A stretch of DNA of 64,000 nucleotides from a virus (lineage: Duplodnaviria > Caudoviricetes). Where the stretch lies: IMG/VR virus record IMGVR_UViG_3300021091_002229, positions 1,680-65,679 of that record. The stretch is one strand, 5' to 3'. Positions within the stretch are counted from its first letter, which is position 1; each line of letters opens with the position of its first letter. Shown here piece by piece: positions 20,606 to 30,554 of this stretch. Below the pieces are notes generated by a model. That model ran no database searches and had not been told where the DNA came from. It worked only from the letters and a program-made list of their open reading frames with translations. Made by a program: the position numbers and the translations under genes.

Positions 20606-21589
20606 ATGAACAAAACAGATAAGATTTTAGTTACTGGAGCAAGCGGGTTTATTGGTTCTCGTTTGTTAAAGATGTTATATGAAATGGGATATACCAATTT
20701 GCGTGCTACATCGTGGAACAGAGGATTACGAGATGCTTTATCAGGCGTGGAGCACATCAAGGGTAACTTACAAGACGCAGATTTTTGTGAAATTATATCA
20801 AAAGATGTAGATGTAGTGTTTCATTGTGCAGCAAATACATCTAATGCCCTTGATACAAAGTTTAACCCACTTCTTCATGTTACTCCAAATATTGAAATGA
20901 ATGTCAACCTTATGGAACAAAGTTGGAAAAATAAGGTTCGTAAGTTTATTTTCATCTCGTCAAACACCACATACCCAGATATGGGAAGTGAGCCGTGTAA
21001 GGAAGAATCTGTCGTGCAAACGCCAGATATTGTTCCTGTGTATAAAGCAGTGGGTTGGATGAAACGGTATTGTGAAACCTTATGCGACTTCTTCTCCAAT
21101 CAAATTCATAATCCTATGCAATGTGTGATTATTAGACCATCAAACGCATACGGTCCAAATGACAAGTATGATTATGAAAAGTGCCATGTGACACCAGCTA
21201 ATATTCGGAAAGTAGCAGACGGGCTAAGCCCAATCCCAGTATGGGGAGATGGTACAGAAGTTCGTGATGTTATTCATGTGGATGATATGGTCAGCGGATT
21301 TATTACCGTAGCTGAAAAGGTAGATACTTATGACATTTATAATGTATCGTACGGCGAGGGATATACCGTTATGGAAGTATTAAATACTATCAAAGACATC
21401 GAAGGTAATACCAATCCAGTCAACTTTGTAAACAACAAGGCACCAATGATTCCAGTTCGTTTACTGGACAACGCCAAACTAAAAAACTTGGGATGGGCCC
21501 CGAAGTATAATCTGCGTGATGGATTGGCAGATGCACTACGGTGGTACAAGGAAAACAAACATCAATTTAATCCAAATTCACAACCATGA
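20606..21589 (+). CDS. NDP-sugar epimerase/reductase (GDP-fucose-synthase-like SDR)
   Basis: VTGASGFIGS, RPSNAYGP, WGDGTEVRD; the catalytic YxxxK reads VGWMK. Confidence 0.85.
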   Translation: MNKTDKILVTGASGFIGSRLLKMLYEMGYTNLRATSWNRGLRDALSGVEHIKGNLQDADFCEIISKDVDVVFHCAANTSNALDTKFNPLLHVTPNIEMNVNLMEQSWKNKVRKFIFISSNTTYPDMGSEPCKEESVVQTPDIVPVYKAVGWMKRYCETLCDFFSNQIHNPMQCVIIRPSNAYGPNDKYDYEKCHVTPANIRKVADGLSPIPVWGDGTEVRDVIHVDDMVSGFITVAEKVDTYDIYNVSYGEGYTVMEVLNTIKDIEGNTNPVNFVNNKAPMIPVRLLDNAKLKNLGWAPKYNLRDGLADALRWYKENKHQFNPNSQP

Positions 21590-22101
21590 GCTACAAAGAC
21601 GAACTAACTAACGCTATGAAACTGTTGATGGATAAACCAGAAACAATTTTTATTGGTCAGCAAATAGTATATTATGGTAATCCTATGTCAAAAACGATTG
21701 AGGGGTTACCAAAAGAGCGTATGATAGAAACCCCAGTAATGGAAGAAACCCAAATGGGGATGACACTGGGCATGGCTATGATCGGAAAGTTAGTGGTAAG
21801 TTTTTATCCTAGATGGGATTTCTTGATTTCTGCGATGAATCAGTTAGTAAATCACCTTGATAAGTACACACTTATGACGGGCAAAAATGTCCATGTGATT
21901 ATACGAGTTGGTAAAGGGTCGGACAAACCATTAGACCCAGGCCATCAACATAAAGCAAATTATATAAAACCATTTGGTGACATGCTAAAGACAATAACAT
22001 TACTAGATTGTAAAACTCCAGAAGATGTAAAAAATCATTACAATACCGCAATAAATGTTCCTGGGGTATACATCATAAACGAATATCCAGAACTATATTG
22101 A
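21586..22101 (+). CDS. ThDP-dependent enzyme, E1-beta/transketolase pyrimidine-binding domain only
   Basis: FIGQ, IETPVMEE..G..LGMA, DFL..AMNQLVN, PGHQH; C-terminal domain absent (171 aa). Confidence 0.8.
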   Translation: MSYKDELTNAMKLLMDKPETIFIGQQIVYYGNPMSKTIEGLPKERMIETPVMEETQMGMTLGMAMIGKLVVSFYPRWDFLISAMNQLVNHLDKYTLMTGKNVHVIIRVGKGSDKPLDPGHQHKANYIKPFGDMLKTITLLDCKTPEDVKNHYNTAINVPGVYIINEYPELY

Positions 22102-22102
22102 T

Positions 22103-23008
22103 ATGCAAAAATCTATTTTATTTTTGGGTGATAGTTTTACATGGGGGGAAGGTTTAGAACTTTATTGTGAAACTCCCAAATGGATTGCCGAAAGAGAAAA
22201 AGATAATAATAATTGGTTAATTTTGTTGGAAAAGCAGGACGAGGATAGCATTAATTTTCGTGAGCAAAATAGATTTCCTGCGTTGGTAGCTAAACATTTT
22301 AACAAAACCGCATTGGTAAGTGATACTAATGGAGGATGTTTAGCAGGAAGTATAGCAACTGCTCATAAGTTTTTATTTAATCCAGATTTGTATATAGATA
22401 CAATTGTTTTACAGTTCTCTAATTTTCAAAGAGATCCGTTGCATGTAAATTTTAGTTGTACTTGTGAATTTTGTATGACTACCACATTCGCACGATTGTT
22501 TGAAAATGCAGATGAACTTTTAGAAAAAATAATAAAAAGAACAAATTTAGATTCCAAAGAAAAGTTAATATCACTTGAATTAGAAAAACTAATAGGAAAG
22601 AATTGGTTTGATAATGATAATTTTGTAGATTTGTTTATTCAAGCAAGAAAAAAATGGTATGTAGATATACTATTTAATTTTTACAATCTTAATCTTACAC
22701 CGTGGGAATCTGATGGGAAAAGGAAAATTTATTTTATAGATTCGTGGGAAGAAGAAAGTAGCGATGCAATATTTGATGAATATTTACACCAGCATTACCC
22801 GCAATTTAAATATCGGAAGAATATGATACCACTAATCGGTAAGGACAACAAATTGTACCCCCGATGGAAAATGTGGGAAAATACATTTGAATATAAATCA
22901 ATTTATCATGAGTTCAAAAATACAGAAAATGGACATCCTACATTAGAACAACACCAATATTTGGCACAATCAGTTATAAAGTTTCTTGAGGAAAAACAAG
23001 ATGAGTAG
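22103..23008 (+). CDS. SGNH/GDSL-like protein, paralogue 1 of 7
   Basis: N-terminal FLGDSFTWG; C-terminal GHPT..H..A. Confidence 0.65.
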   Translation: MQKSILFLGDSFTWGEGLELYCETPKWIAEREKDNNNWLILLEKQDEDSINFREQNRFPALVAKHFNKTALVSDTNGGCLAGSIATAHKFLFNPDLYIDTIVLQFSNFQRDPLHVNFSCTCEFCMTTTFARLFENADELLEKIIKRTNLDSKEKLISLELEKLIGKNWFDNDNFVDLFIQARKKWYVDILFNFYNLNLTPWESDGKRKIYFIDSWEEESSDAIFDEYLHQHYPQFKYRKNMIPLIGKDNKLYPRWKMWENTFEYKSIYHEFKNTENGHPTLEQHQYLAQSVIKFLEEKQDE

Positions 23009-23765
23009 ATTTCATACAATAACACCATTAGATTTTTCTGAGTGGTTTGTACGGCCTGATGAACAAGATACATTCAGTCCATCTGAATGGGCACTACCGT
23101 TCCCGTGGATATCTATGTTCGTATACACACATATGCGAGCAACATTTTCTGGGTATAATGGATACGACAACCCAGAAGAATTACCAAAAGTTTTACAAAT
23201 TGGATGTGCGCAAGGTGGGGATGCGGTAGAAATTGCGAAAGTCTTAAAGTTACCAATGATAAATGGAAAACTTCATATTATTGACTGGTTTAAAGGAAAC
23301 CTTACTGTGGATAGAGAAAAAGGGTGGTCGTATAATAAAAATAATGTAGAACATTGGAAATCGCATTTGTGGTCAGTAGCTGAAAAGTTTAAAGTAGATG
23401 ATATTATAACGGTGTTTGAAGGTGATTCACGTGAAGTCATACATCAAATGCAAGATGATTATTATGATATGATATTTATCGACGGTGGACACGAATATAG
23501 TATTGCAAAATCTGATATAGAAAACGGATATAAAAAATTAAAGTCTGGTGGTATTATGGTACTAGACGATGTAAGCGGGGATGATAATGTATATGAAAAA
23601 TATGATTTGAAAACTGCGTCAGATGATATTATAGAATTTGACACATACACATTTCCAGACGGAGTACGGTTTCATGCAGGAGTTGTAAAGGCTGTACGAG
23701 AATTTTTTGGAAATGACATTATTAGAATTAAATCACACGATAAAGCATATCATTTTAAAAAATAA
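23001..23765 (+). CDS. Class I SAM-dependent methyltransferase (Methyltransf_24-like)
   Basis: LQIGCAQG, IDWF, EGDS, IFIDGGHEY..D..LKSGG.MVLDD. Confidence 0.85.
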   Translation: MSRFHTITPLDFSEWFVRPDEQDTFSPSEWALPFPWISMFVYTHMRATFSGYNGYDNPEELPKVLQIGCAQGGDAVEIAKVLKLPMINGKLHIIDWFKGNLTVDREKGWSYNKNNVEHWKSHLWSVAEKFKVDDIITVFEGDSREVIHQMQDDYYDMIFIDGGHEYSIAKSDIENGYKKLKSGGIMVLDDVSGDDNVYEKYDLKTASDDIIEFDTYTFPDGVRFHAGVVKAVREFFGNDIIRIKSHDKAYHFKK

Positions 23766-23769
23766 TCTT

Positions 23770-24900
23770 ATGAAATGGAATAGAAGACTACTTGATTATG
23801 ATGGAGGGTCCGCTGCAAATATGTTGGAACCGTTTTTTCCAGCAGCAGACAGTAGACCTACGGCAGCGGGTACCTATGATGTTGTTTTCCTAAATAGAGA
23901 TGATGTACAAGGAAATTTTGATGAGGTGCTACAATACCTACACGCAGATTCTAAAATTATAGTAAATATTGTGCCCGAAAGTGGATGTTTTAATGAATTC
24001 TTAAACTATTTTGATGAACTAACTAAAAAACACTTCAACATACAGTTTTATCTAATTGCTGATGTGGACTTTGATTATAATTTTAGTAACAATGTAAAAG
24101 TGTGTTCATCATATAATCTTTCTCTTTTAATGTTCTTTGAAAATTATTCATACCAAAGACCAAACAATCAAGCTTATACTATAGATGGTTACAGAGTTTA
24201 TCAAAAAACCAATGGGTTCTGTTGCTTGAACGGGAGACTTCGAACGCATAGAGTCTTTTTATTATTAGAAATGTTGAAACGAAACTTGTTAAAGTTAAAT
24301 AGAGAAAATGATAATACTAATATGATATCGTTTCTATTTTATACCAATGAAGGAGTTACGGATTACGAGGAATATTCTATTATGGTAGATAATATTAACA
24401 TTTCCGGCGTAGATAAAAATATTTTATTAGATGCAAAAAAATATTTACCAATAAAACTTTGGGACGAGGATGGTAGTCCTCCTAAACTACTGTTAGGCGG
24501 AGATAATGTCTCTAGGGTATTGAATTTTGTAACAGAAAATATATCTGGAATGGATTGTTCTACGGGTATTATTACTTTTACGGAAAAAGCGTGGGCACCA
24601 TTTAAATTACATCAAATACCAATCTATAGTTCTGTACCTGGATATGTGTCTACTATACGAAATATGGGGTTTGATTTGTTTGATGATGTGGTAAACCATA
24701 GCTACGACAGCGAATTAGATAATGTAAAAAGACTTCAGTTAGCAGTTGACCAGCTGGAAAAAGTATCTAAATTAAACTTAGTGGAGTTTTACCGAAAGAA
24801 CTATTCCCGATTTATTAAAAACAATCTTTTAAGTGAAGAATTAAAAATGAAGGGATTTTTCACTTTAAAAAACTTTATATTGGAGCAAGACCTCATATGA
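23770..24900 (+). CDS. Putative glycosyltransferase-like protein, paralogue 4 of 5
   Basis: FCCLNGRLRTHR, VTEN..FTEKAWAPF..GFDLFDD..HSYD. Confidence 0.5.
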   Translation: MKWNRRLLDYDGGSAANMLEPFFPAADSRPTAAGTYDVVFLNRDDVQGNFDEVLQYLHADSKIIVNIVPESGCFNEFLNYFDELTKKHFNIQFYLIADVDFDYNFSNNVKVCSSYNLSLLMFFENYSYQRPNNQAYTIDGYRVYQKTNGFCCLNGRLRTHRVFLLLEMLKRNLLKLNRENDNTNMISFLFYTNEGVTDYEEYSIMVDNINISGVDKNILLDAKKYLPIKLWDEDGSPPKLLLGGDNVSRVLNFVTENISGMDCSTGIITFTEKAWAPFKLHQIPIYSSVPGYVSTIRNMGFDLFDDVVNHSYDSELDNVKRLQLAVDQLEKVSKLNLVEFYRKNYSRFIKNNLLSEELKMKGFFTLKNFILEQDLI

Positions 24901-25025
24901 TTACTTTGATAAGAAAATTATATAATCTCTACGTAGAAAAAAAGAAGAGGAAAAAGTTAGAGAAATTATATAAGGAAAGATTAGAAGAATTAAAAAAAAG
25001 AGATCCCTTTATTTACAAACACTAA
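24897..25025 (+). CDS. Small basic 42-aa protein ending in RDPFIYKH (absent from the ORF track)
   Basis: ATGA-coupled to the upstream stop; MITLIRKLYNLYVEKKKRKKLEKLYKERLEELKKRDPFIYKH*. Confidence 0.7.
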   Translation: MITLIRKLYNLYVEKKKRKKLEKLYKERLEELKKRDPFIYKH

Positions 25026-25037
25026 TAGGGTAGCATC

Positions 25038-26306
25038 GTGAATAATAAAGAAACATTTTGCATATTACCGTTTATACATTTATACACACAACCGAATGGT
25101 GAGGTAAAGCCATGCTGTATTGCTGGAGGCTTTGACAACAAACAATTTTTACGTGAAAAAAGTATAGAGGAAATATTTAATTCCGATGAGTATAAACAAC
25201 TTAGACATGATATGTTAAATGGTAAGCGTAATAAAGCTTGCGAAGTTTGTTATAAAAAAGAAGATATAGAAGAATCATCGCCCAGACAGATGTTCAATAA
25301 TAATACTTTGTGGACTATGCCAGAAGTAAACGAAGATTATTCAGTCGCCTCCCAGTTTCAACACATAGACATTAGATTTTCTAATTTATGTAATTTTAAA
25401 TGCAGAATGTGTAACTATTCGTTTTCTTCAAATTGGTACGATGACACCGTAAAATTACGTAAACATCATGTTCATAATGAGCATTTGAGTCATATAGTTA
25501 ATAAGAAAGCAAAGGTAATGAAAGCATCGTCTACGCTAGTTGCAGATTTAAAACCACACTTGATTCATTTAAAGAGTGTGTATTTTGCTGGCGGAGAACC
25601 TTTAATAATGCCAGAACATTACGAACTTCTTAAATTTTTATATGATACATTAGAAGTAAGACAAGATACCGGAAAGAGAAGATTAAGTATTCACTACAAT
25701 ACCAATTTGTCTGTAATAAAATACGATGAACAGAGTTTAATAAACTTGTGGGATGGATTTGAAAGAGTATTTTTATCTATCTCATGTGATGGAATAGGTA
25801 AAATTGGAGAATATCAACGTGTAGGATTCAATCACGAACGCTTCGTAGAAAATTTGAATACTATCAAAAAATATTTCACATCCGGCGGTACGTATGAAGT
25901 AGCCAACGGTATGATGTATAACTTCCAATATACCACAACAATATGGAATGCATATCATATATTTGATTTTATAAACTTTATGTTAGACAATCAATACATA
26001 ACATCAACTGACCAAATTGATTTTTACTACGCATGGACTCCGCTTACGGTTTCAGTAAACAATCTAACACAGTCAGAAAAAAATAGATTGGTTAATTTTT
26101 TAGAAGCTGGAATAACAAGTACAAACTTAACACCTAAAACGGTTTCAGAAATACAAAAGATAATCAAATATATTCAAACACCAAATTCAACGGACATAAG
26201 AGATTTATTAATTTATACAAGAGTATTGGATGAATTTAATAACACAGATGTTATGATTTTAAATGGAGTTAATTTTAACGATATGTTACAAGAAACATAT
26301 GGATGA
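25038..26306 (+). CDS. Radical SAM protein with N-terminal SPASM/twitch domain
   Basis: CILPF...PCC...CEVCY at the N-terminus; CNFKCRMC; FAGGEP; YNTN. Confidence 0.9.
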   Translation: MNNKETFCILPFIHLYTQPNGEVKPCCIAGGFDNKQFLREKSIEEIFNSDEYKQLRHDMLNGKRNKACEVCYKKEDIEESSPRQMFNNNTLWTMPEVNEDYSVASQFQHIDIRFSNLCNFKCRMCNYSFSSNWYDDTVKLRKHHVHNEHLSHIVNKKAKVMKASSTLVADLKPHLIHLKSVYFAGGEPLIMPEHYELLKFLYDTLEVRQDTGKRRLSIHYNTNLSVIKYDEQSLINLWDGFERVFLSISCDGIGKIGEYQRVGFNHERFVENLNTIKKYFTSGGTYEVANGMMYNFQYTTTIWNAYHIFDFINFMLDNQYITSTDQIDFYYAWTPLTVSVNNLTQSEKNRLVNFLEAGITSTNLTPKTVSEIQKIIKYIQTPNSTDIRDLLIYTRVLDEFNNTDVMILNGVNFNDMLQETYG

Positions 26307-26313
26307 TGAATAA

Positions 26314-27225
26314 ATGAAGTACATATTGACCACCGGATGTTCTTTTACTAATAATATAAGATTGAACCCAGACAATCTAACCGAGATAGTTCCACCGCAT
26401 TTGCGCTCTTGGCCATATCATTTACAACAAGAACTTGGAAACGAGTATACCGTTTTAAATTATGGTGGAGCAACGAACGACAATATATCTATGTGCAGAA
26501 TCATTTTATATCACATAGATAGAATGATTAAAGAGAATATAAATCCGAAAGATATTAAAGTTGTAATCCAGTGGTCATCTGCCACTAGACAAGCAATTTA
26601 TATGAATAAGCAATTGGATTATGCATCTCATAATATGGGGCATACGCTTGTCTACCATAATAATTGGGAAAAGACTTCCGGAGTATTTTATTTGACAGGC
26701 GGATTCGACCCACCAACGGGAAAGGGAAGTGCAATTGAATGGTTAGGTATAGAAAACGCAGTAAAGTATTGGCAAGCGGAAATAATGTGGAACAATACTA
26801 TCAATAATGTAATGCATTGGTTTGAAACTTGGTTATTACTGGAAAAAACATGCAAAGAGTTAGAAATTGATGTATATTATATGAATATGTGGGACACATT
26901 TTCTTACCAAGCAGAATGCAATTTTCTTTCAAGACAGCCAACAGAAGAAATATGGATGAGTAAAATAGAAGTACTTAAACCATATATAGAAAAATTACCC
27001 ATAAAATCCGATAGACATTGGTTTCACAAACATTATAAGGGATTGTTGGAGTGGGCAATTGACAATCGGGATGATAGTATACCTATATTTCAAGAATGTT
27101 TGCATCATCAAATAAAAACATATGATGAATTTATAGAAAAGATGGGTGGACCATACGGACATCCCTCTACAGAAATGATGAAAATATTTGTCAAAACAGA
27201 ATTGCTAAAGTTACTAAAGTTATGA
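26314..27225 (+). CDS. SGNH-like protein, paralogue 2 of 7
   Basis: TTGCSFT, NYGGATNDN, IQWS..R, GHPS. Confidence 0.65.
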   Translation: MKYILTTGCSFTNNIRLNPDNLTEIVPPHLRSWPYHLQQELGNEYTVLNYGGATNDNISMCRIILYHIDRMIKENINPKDIKVVIQWSSATRQAIYMNKQLDYASHNMGHTLVYHNNWEKTSGVFYLTGGFDPPTGKGSAIEWLGIENAVKYWQAEIMWNNTINNVMHWFETWLLLEKTCKELEIDVYYMNMWDTFSYQAECNFLSRQPTEEIWMSKIEVLKPYIEKLPIKSDRHWFHKHYKGLLEWAIDNRDDSIPIFQECLHHQIKTYDEFIEKMGGPYGHPSTEMMKIFVKTELLKLLKL

Positions 27226-27950
27226 AATCATTATACACCAACGGTGATTCCGTAGTATGGGGTGCCGAACTACAAAACAAAGCAGAGGAAAGATTTTCAC
27301 GCATATTGGCTGACAAATTATCAGCGATTGATTGCAATAATGCATCCGCTGGTGTATCCAACGATTACATCTATCGACAAACAATGAGAGATGTGGCTCA
27401 TTGGATAGACACAAAGCAACTGTGGAGCGAAGAATCTGGGTGGGTTGACACCGAAGAAATATTTGTAGTGGTGGGATGGACAGCGCCTACCAGATTCGAG
27501 TGGTGGGATGGACAGAAATATGTACAAGAACGATTGTGGGCTGGGTATGATAAGTGGGGAAGTCCCGACGAACACAGAACTACAGAAGATGAGTTCGTAT
27601 TACACCAAACAGAACTTATCCCATCTTATATAAGAACTTTAAATCAAGTAAACGCACTACACTCGTTTTTAACGGTAAAATCAGTTCCGCATTATTTTTT
27701 TAATGTATTTTACGAATACGATGAAATACAAGAACCAATTGATAAAATAGACGCTTTTGGCAGAAGACACCACCAATTATTGATAAATTCTTTGTTAAAA
27801 CTGACTCCAAACTCGTTTAAAAGCAAGACGATGTATAATTATACAAAGGAAAACGGTGGTGGATTTTTACCCAGAAACCACCCCGATAAACTGTCCCACA
27901 AATTATGGGCGGAGTTTTTATATGAAAAAGCGAATCGCGGTGTGTCTTAG
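27222..27950 (+). CDS. SGNH-like protein, paralogue 3 of 7
   Basis: NGDSVVWG, NNASAGVSNDYI, VGWT..R, NHPD..H..WA. Confidence 0.7.
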   Translation: MKSLYTNGDSVVWGAELQNKAEERFSRILADKLSAIDCNNASAGVSNDYIYRQTMRDVAHWIDTKQLWSEESGWVDTEEIFVVVGWTAPTRFEWWDGQKYVQERLWAGYDKWGSPDEHRTTEDEFVLHQTELIPSYIRTLNQVNALHSFLTVKSVPHYFFNVFYEYDEIQEPIDKIDAFGRRHHQLLINSLLKLTPNSFKSKTMYNYTKENGGGFLPRNHPDKLSHKLWAEFLYEKANRGVS

Positions 27951-28884
27951 TGGTCAAGCCAGAACATGGAAATTTTGTTTTAATAATATTACAAATTTTT
28001 TAAAGCACAAAGATTATGAATTTGATTTTTTTATTCACACATGGGAAAATAATTTATATTCACCATCGGTAAATTTAAATTATGTATATGATACTGATGT
28101 TAAAGAATATATAAGTTCGTATAAACCAAAATTATTTAAAATTCAAGATGAGAATAAATTCAACAAAAGAATAGCGGGCAAACTAAAACACAGAGATTAC
28201 ATTAATAGTTTGTATTCAATTTATAGCTTTAAACAAAGTATAGTCCTTAAACAGATTTATGAACGAAACAACAATTTTAAATATGATTATGTTATAAAAT
28301 TAAGACCTGATGTTTTTTTTGTAAATAGAACATTTGATGAACATATGTCTTTTTTAGAAAATGAAGAAAAATCTTTTCTAACATACTTTTCATATAATGA
28401 TGATTGGAAAACAAACTTAAATAATACATGGGCAGCTGATTTATACTGGATATTTAGTAGTAGTGATGACGCAGATTTGTTTGCAACACACTTCAAGAAA
28501 AAAATAGAATATGAAAAAAATAACGATGATATATACACACAATACCGTCATACAGCACTTAATGAATTCAAACCAATAAATTTACAAGAAAAATTAGAAG
28601 ACAGTAAATACTTTTTAATGTATATACATAGACCATATCATATTTCATTTATTAATGATTTAGATAAAACATTTGATAAAAGTATACACAAAAAAATGCA
28701 ATATTTTGATGCCGTATTTAGAAAAATTGGAATCGACGATGCGTTTCGAGGTGTTCGTGTATTTCAAGATATTCTTAAAGAATACAGCAAAGAAGAATTT
28801 AACTCTATGAGTGTTGTCGAACTCCTCCAACAGAATAAATTCATAAAAGATATCATCTTAATAAATTTAGAAAAATACTTATAG
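27922..28884 (+). CDS. Glycan-biosynthesis-associated protein (GT-like)
   Basis: KRIAVCLSGQART, DFFIHTW, YDYVIKLRPD, a pattern I associate with polysaccharide-locus proteins. Confidence 0.5.
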   Translation: MKKRIAVCLSGQARTWKFCFNNITNFLKHKDYEFDFFIHTWENNLYSPSVNLNYVYDTDVKEYISSYKPKLFKIQDENKFNKRIAGKLKHRDYINSLYSIYSFKQSIVLKQIYERNNNFKYDYVIKLRPDVFFVNRTFDEHMSFLENEEKSFLTYFSYNDDWKTNLNNTWAADLYWIFSSSDDADLFATHFKKKIEYEKNNDDIYTQYRHTALNEFKPINLQEKLEDSKYFLMYIHRPYHISFINDLDKTFDKSIHKKMQYFDAVFRKIGIDDAFRGVRVFQDILKEYSKEEFNSMSVVELLQQNKFIKDIILINLEKYL

Positions 28885-28913
28885 ATATAACACTTAAACA
28901 GGATGTGTATTAG

Positions 28914-30545
28914 ATGTATATAATTGGAATATCGTGTTTTTATCACGATTCGTCTATTTGTTTGTTCAAGGACGGTGAATTGGTTTTTGCGTGTGAAGAA
29001 GAACGGTTTACTGGCAAAAAACATGATTCGTCGTTCCCCTGCAACGGATTGCGTTACATATTAGACACATATAATATAAGTCTAAATGAAATAGAAAAGT
29101 TCTGCTTTTACGAAGCTCCCACATTAAAACTTGGGAGAATATTAAAAAACTATATCAGACATCCTATTTCATCCTTTTCATTTACCAAACAATCCCTAAT
29201 AAACTGGTACAATAATACCCGAATTCTACGAAAAGAAGTCGGGGACAATGTGTATTTTCAACCGCACCATCATTCCCATTTATATTATTCATATTATACT
29301 TCTAAGTTCAAAGATGCAGTGGTTGTGTCAGTCGATGGTGTTGGGGAAACAGATACCGCAGCCGTAGCGATTGTCAAAGACGGTAAATTTACATTCAAGT
29401 CATTAATGAAATACCCACAGTCATTGGGACTATTTTACTCTGCGATGACTTCATTTTTGGGATTTAAACCTAACAACGGTGAATATAAACTAATGGGATT
29501 GGCTGGGTTTGGTAATCCTTATCTATACTACGACAAAGTTAGTAGTTTAAGTATGAAACACTTTGTATGGAATATTTCCGATGAAGTAATGTTTAACGAA
29601 AATTTATCAAGTATATTAGAAATATCAAACAGACTTCCCGAAGAAGAAATACTACAGGTTCACAAAGATATTGCAGCAGCAACCCAACTGGTATATGAGC
29701 ATGGCTTATTTTCATTATTAGACCAAGTGGCCAAAGAAACCGACATCAGAAACTTATGTCTTGGTGGTGGGTGTGCCTACAACGGCGTTGCTAATGGCAA
29801 AATAACGAACATTACCCCGTTTACAGAACTGTGGATACCTCCTGCTCCATCTGATGCTGGGTCATCCGTAGGTGCTGTGTTAGGATACTTACGACAGCGA
29901 AATGGGTTTGCATTACGAGTAAAAGAAACTCCATTCCTAGGACCAGAATATTCTGACGAAGATATTATCAAACAATTACCAGAAGTAAAGCTAAAGAAAG
30001 TAAGTGATACTAAACTGTACAAAATAGTTTCCCAAGAATTACAGAGGGGGAAAGTAGTTGGGTGGCTTAGAGGTAAGTCTGAGTTCGGTGCAAGAGCATT
30101 AGGGCATCGGTCAATCCTAGCAAATCCATTCATTGATGGGACCAGAAACAAGGTAAACAGTATTATCAAGAAGAGAGAAGGGTTCCGTCCATTTGCACCT
30201 ATGGTCCGCTATGATATTCAATCCGAATATTTTTACGAAGACAATTATGTTCCGTATATGAATCAAGTGGTAAATGTAAAAGAAGAACATCAACACTTAT
30301 TAAAGGAAGTATCGAATGTAGACGGAACCGCTAGGATACAAAGTGTAACTCGTACTGAAAATCCCACCATTCATAAGTTACTTACAAAGTTTTCAGAAAC
30401 CTCGGGTAATCCACCCATCCTATTGAATACATCATTTAATGTTCGTGGTCAAACGATGGTCTTGACACCACGTATGGCATATGATACATTTATAAGTACC
30501 GATATTGGCGTACTAGTATTAAATAATTTTATTATAATAAAGTAA
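28914..30545 (+). CDS. O-carbamoyltransferase (NodU/CmcH/TobZ family)
   Basis: HDSS, EEERF..KKH, HH.SH, DGVGE, EYKLMGLA, GGCAYN, EFGARALGHRS, KKREGFRPFAP, DGTARIQ, LLNTSFN. Confidence 0.95.
   Translation: MYIIGISCFYHDSSICLFKDGELVFACEEERFTGKKHDSSFPCNGLRYILDTYNISLNEIEKFCFYEAPTLKLGRILKNYIRHPISSFSFTKQSLINWYNNTRILRKEVGDNVYFQPHHHSHLYYSYYTSKFKDAVVVSVDGVGETDTAAVAIVKDGKFTFKSLMKYPQSLGLFYSAMTSFLGFKPNNGEYKLMGLAGFGNPYLYYDKVSSLSMKHFVWNISDEVMFNENLSSILEISNRLPEEEILQVHKDIAAATQLVYEHGLFSLLDQVAKETDIRNLCLGGGCAYNGVANGKITNITPFTELWIPPAPSDAGSSVGAVLGYLRQRNGFALRVKETPFLGPEYSDEDIIKQLPEVKLKKVSDTKLYKIVSQELQRGKVVGWLRGKSEFGARALGHRSILANPFIDGTRNKVNSIIKKREGFRPFAPMVRYDIQSEYFYEDNYVPYMNQVVNVKEEHQHLLKEVSNVDGTARIQSVTRTENPTIHKLLTKFSETSGNPPILLNTSFNVRGQTMVLTPRMAYDTFISTDIGVLVLNNFIIIK
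30462..30490 (+). promoter_or_regulatory. Candidate internal sigma70 promoter in the 3' end of the carbamoyltransferase gene
   Basis: TTGACA(30462)-N17-TACATT(30485) with TG extension, 65 nt before ATG 30555. Confidence 0.5.
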
Positions 30546-30554
30546 GGGAGTGTT

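Noticed and set aside
15172-22101. Pyruvate dehydrogenase auxiliary metabolic genes
   Set aside because: Subunits are truncated, E2/E3 are absent and they sit among sugar epimerases
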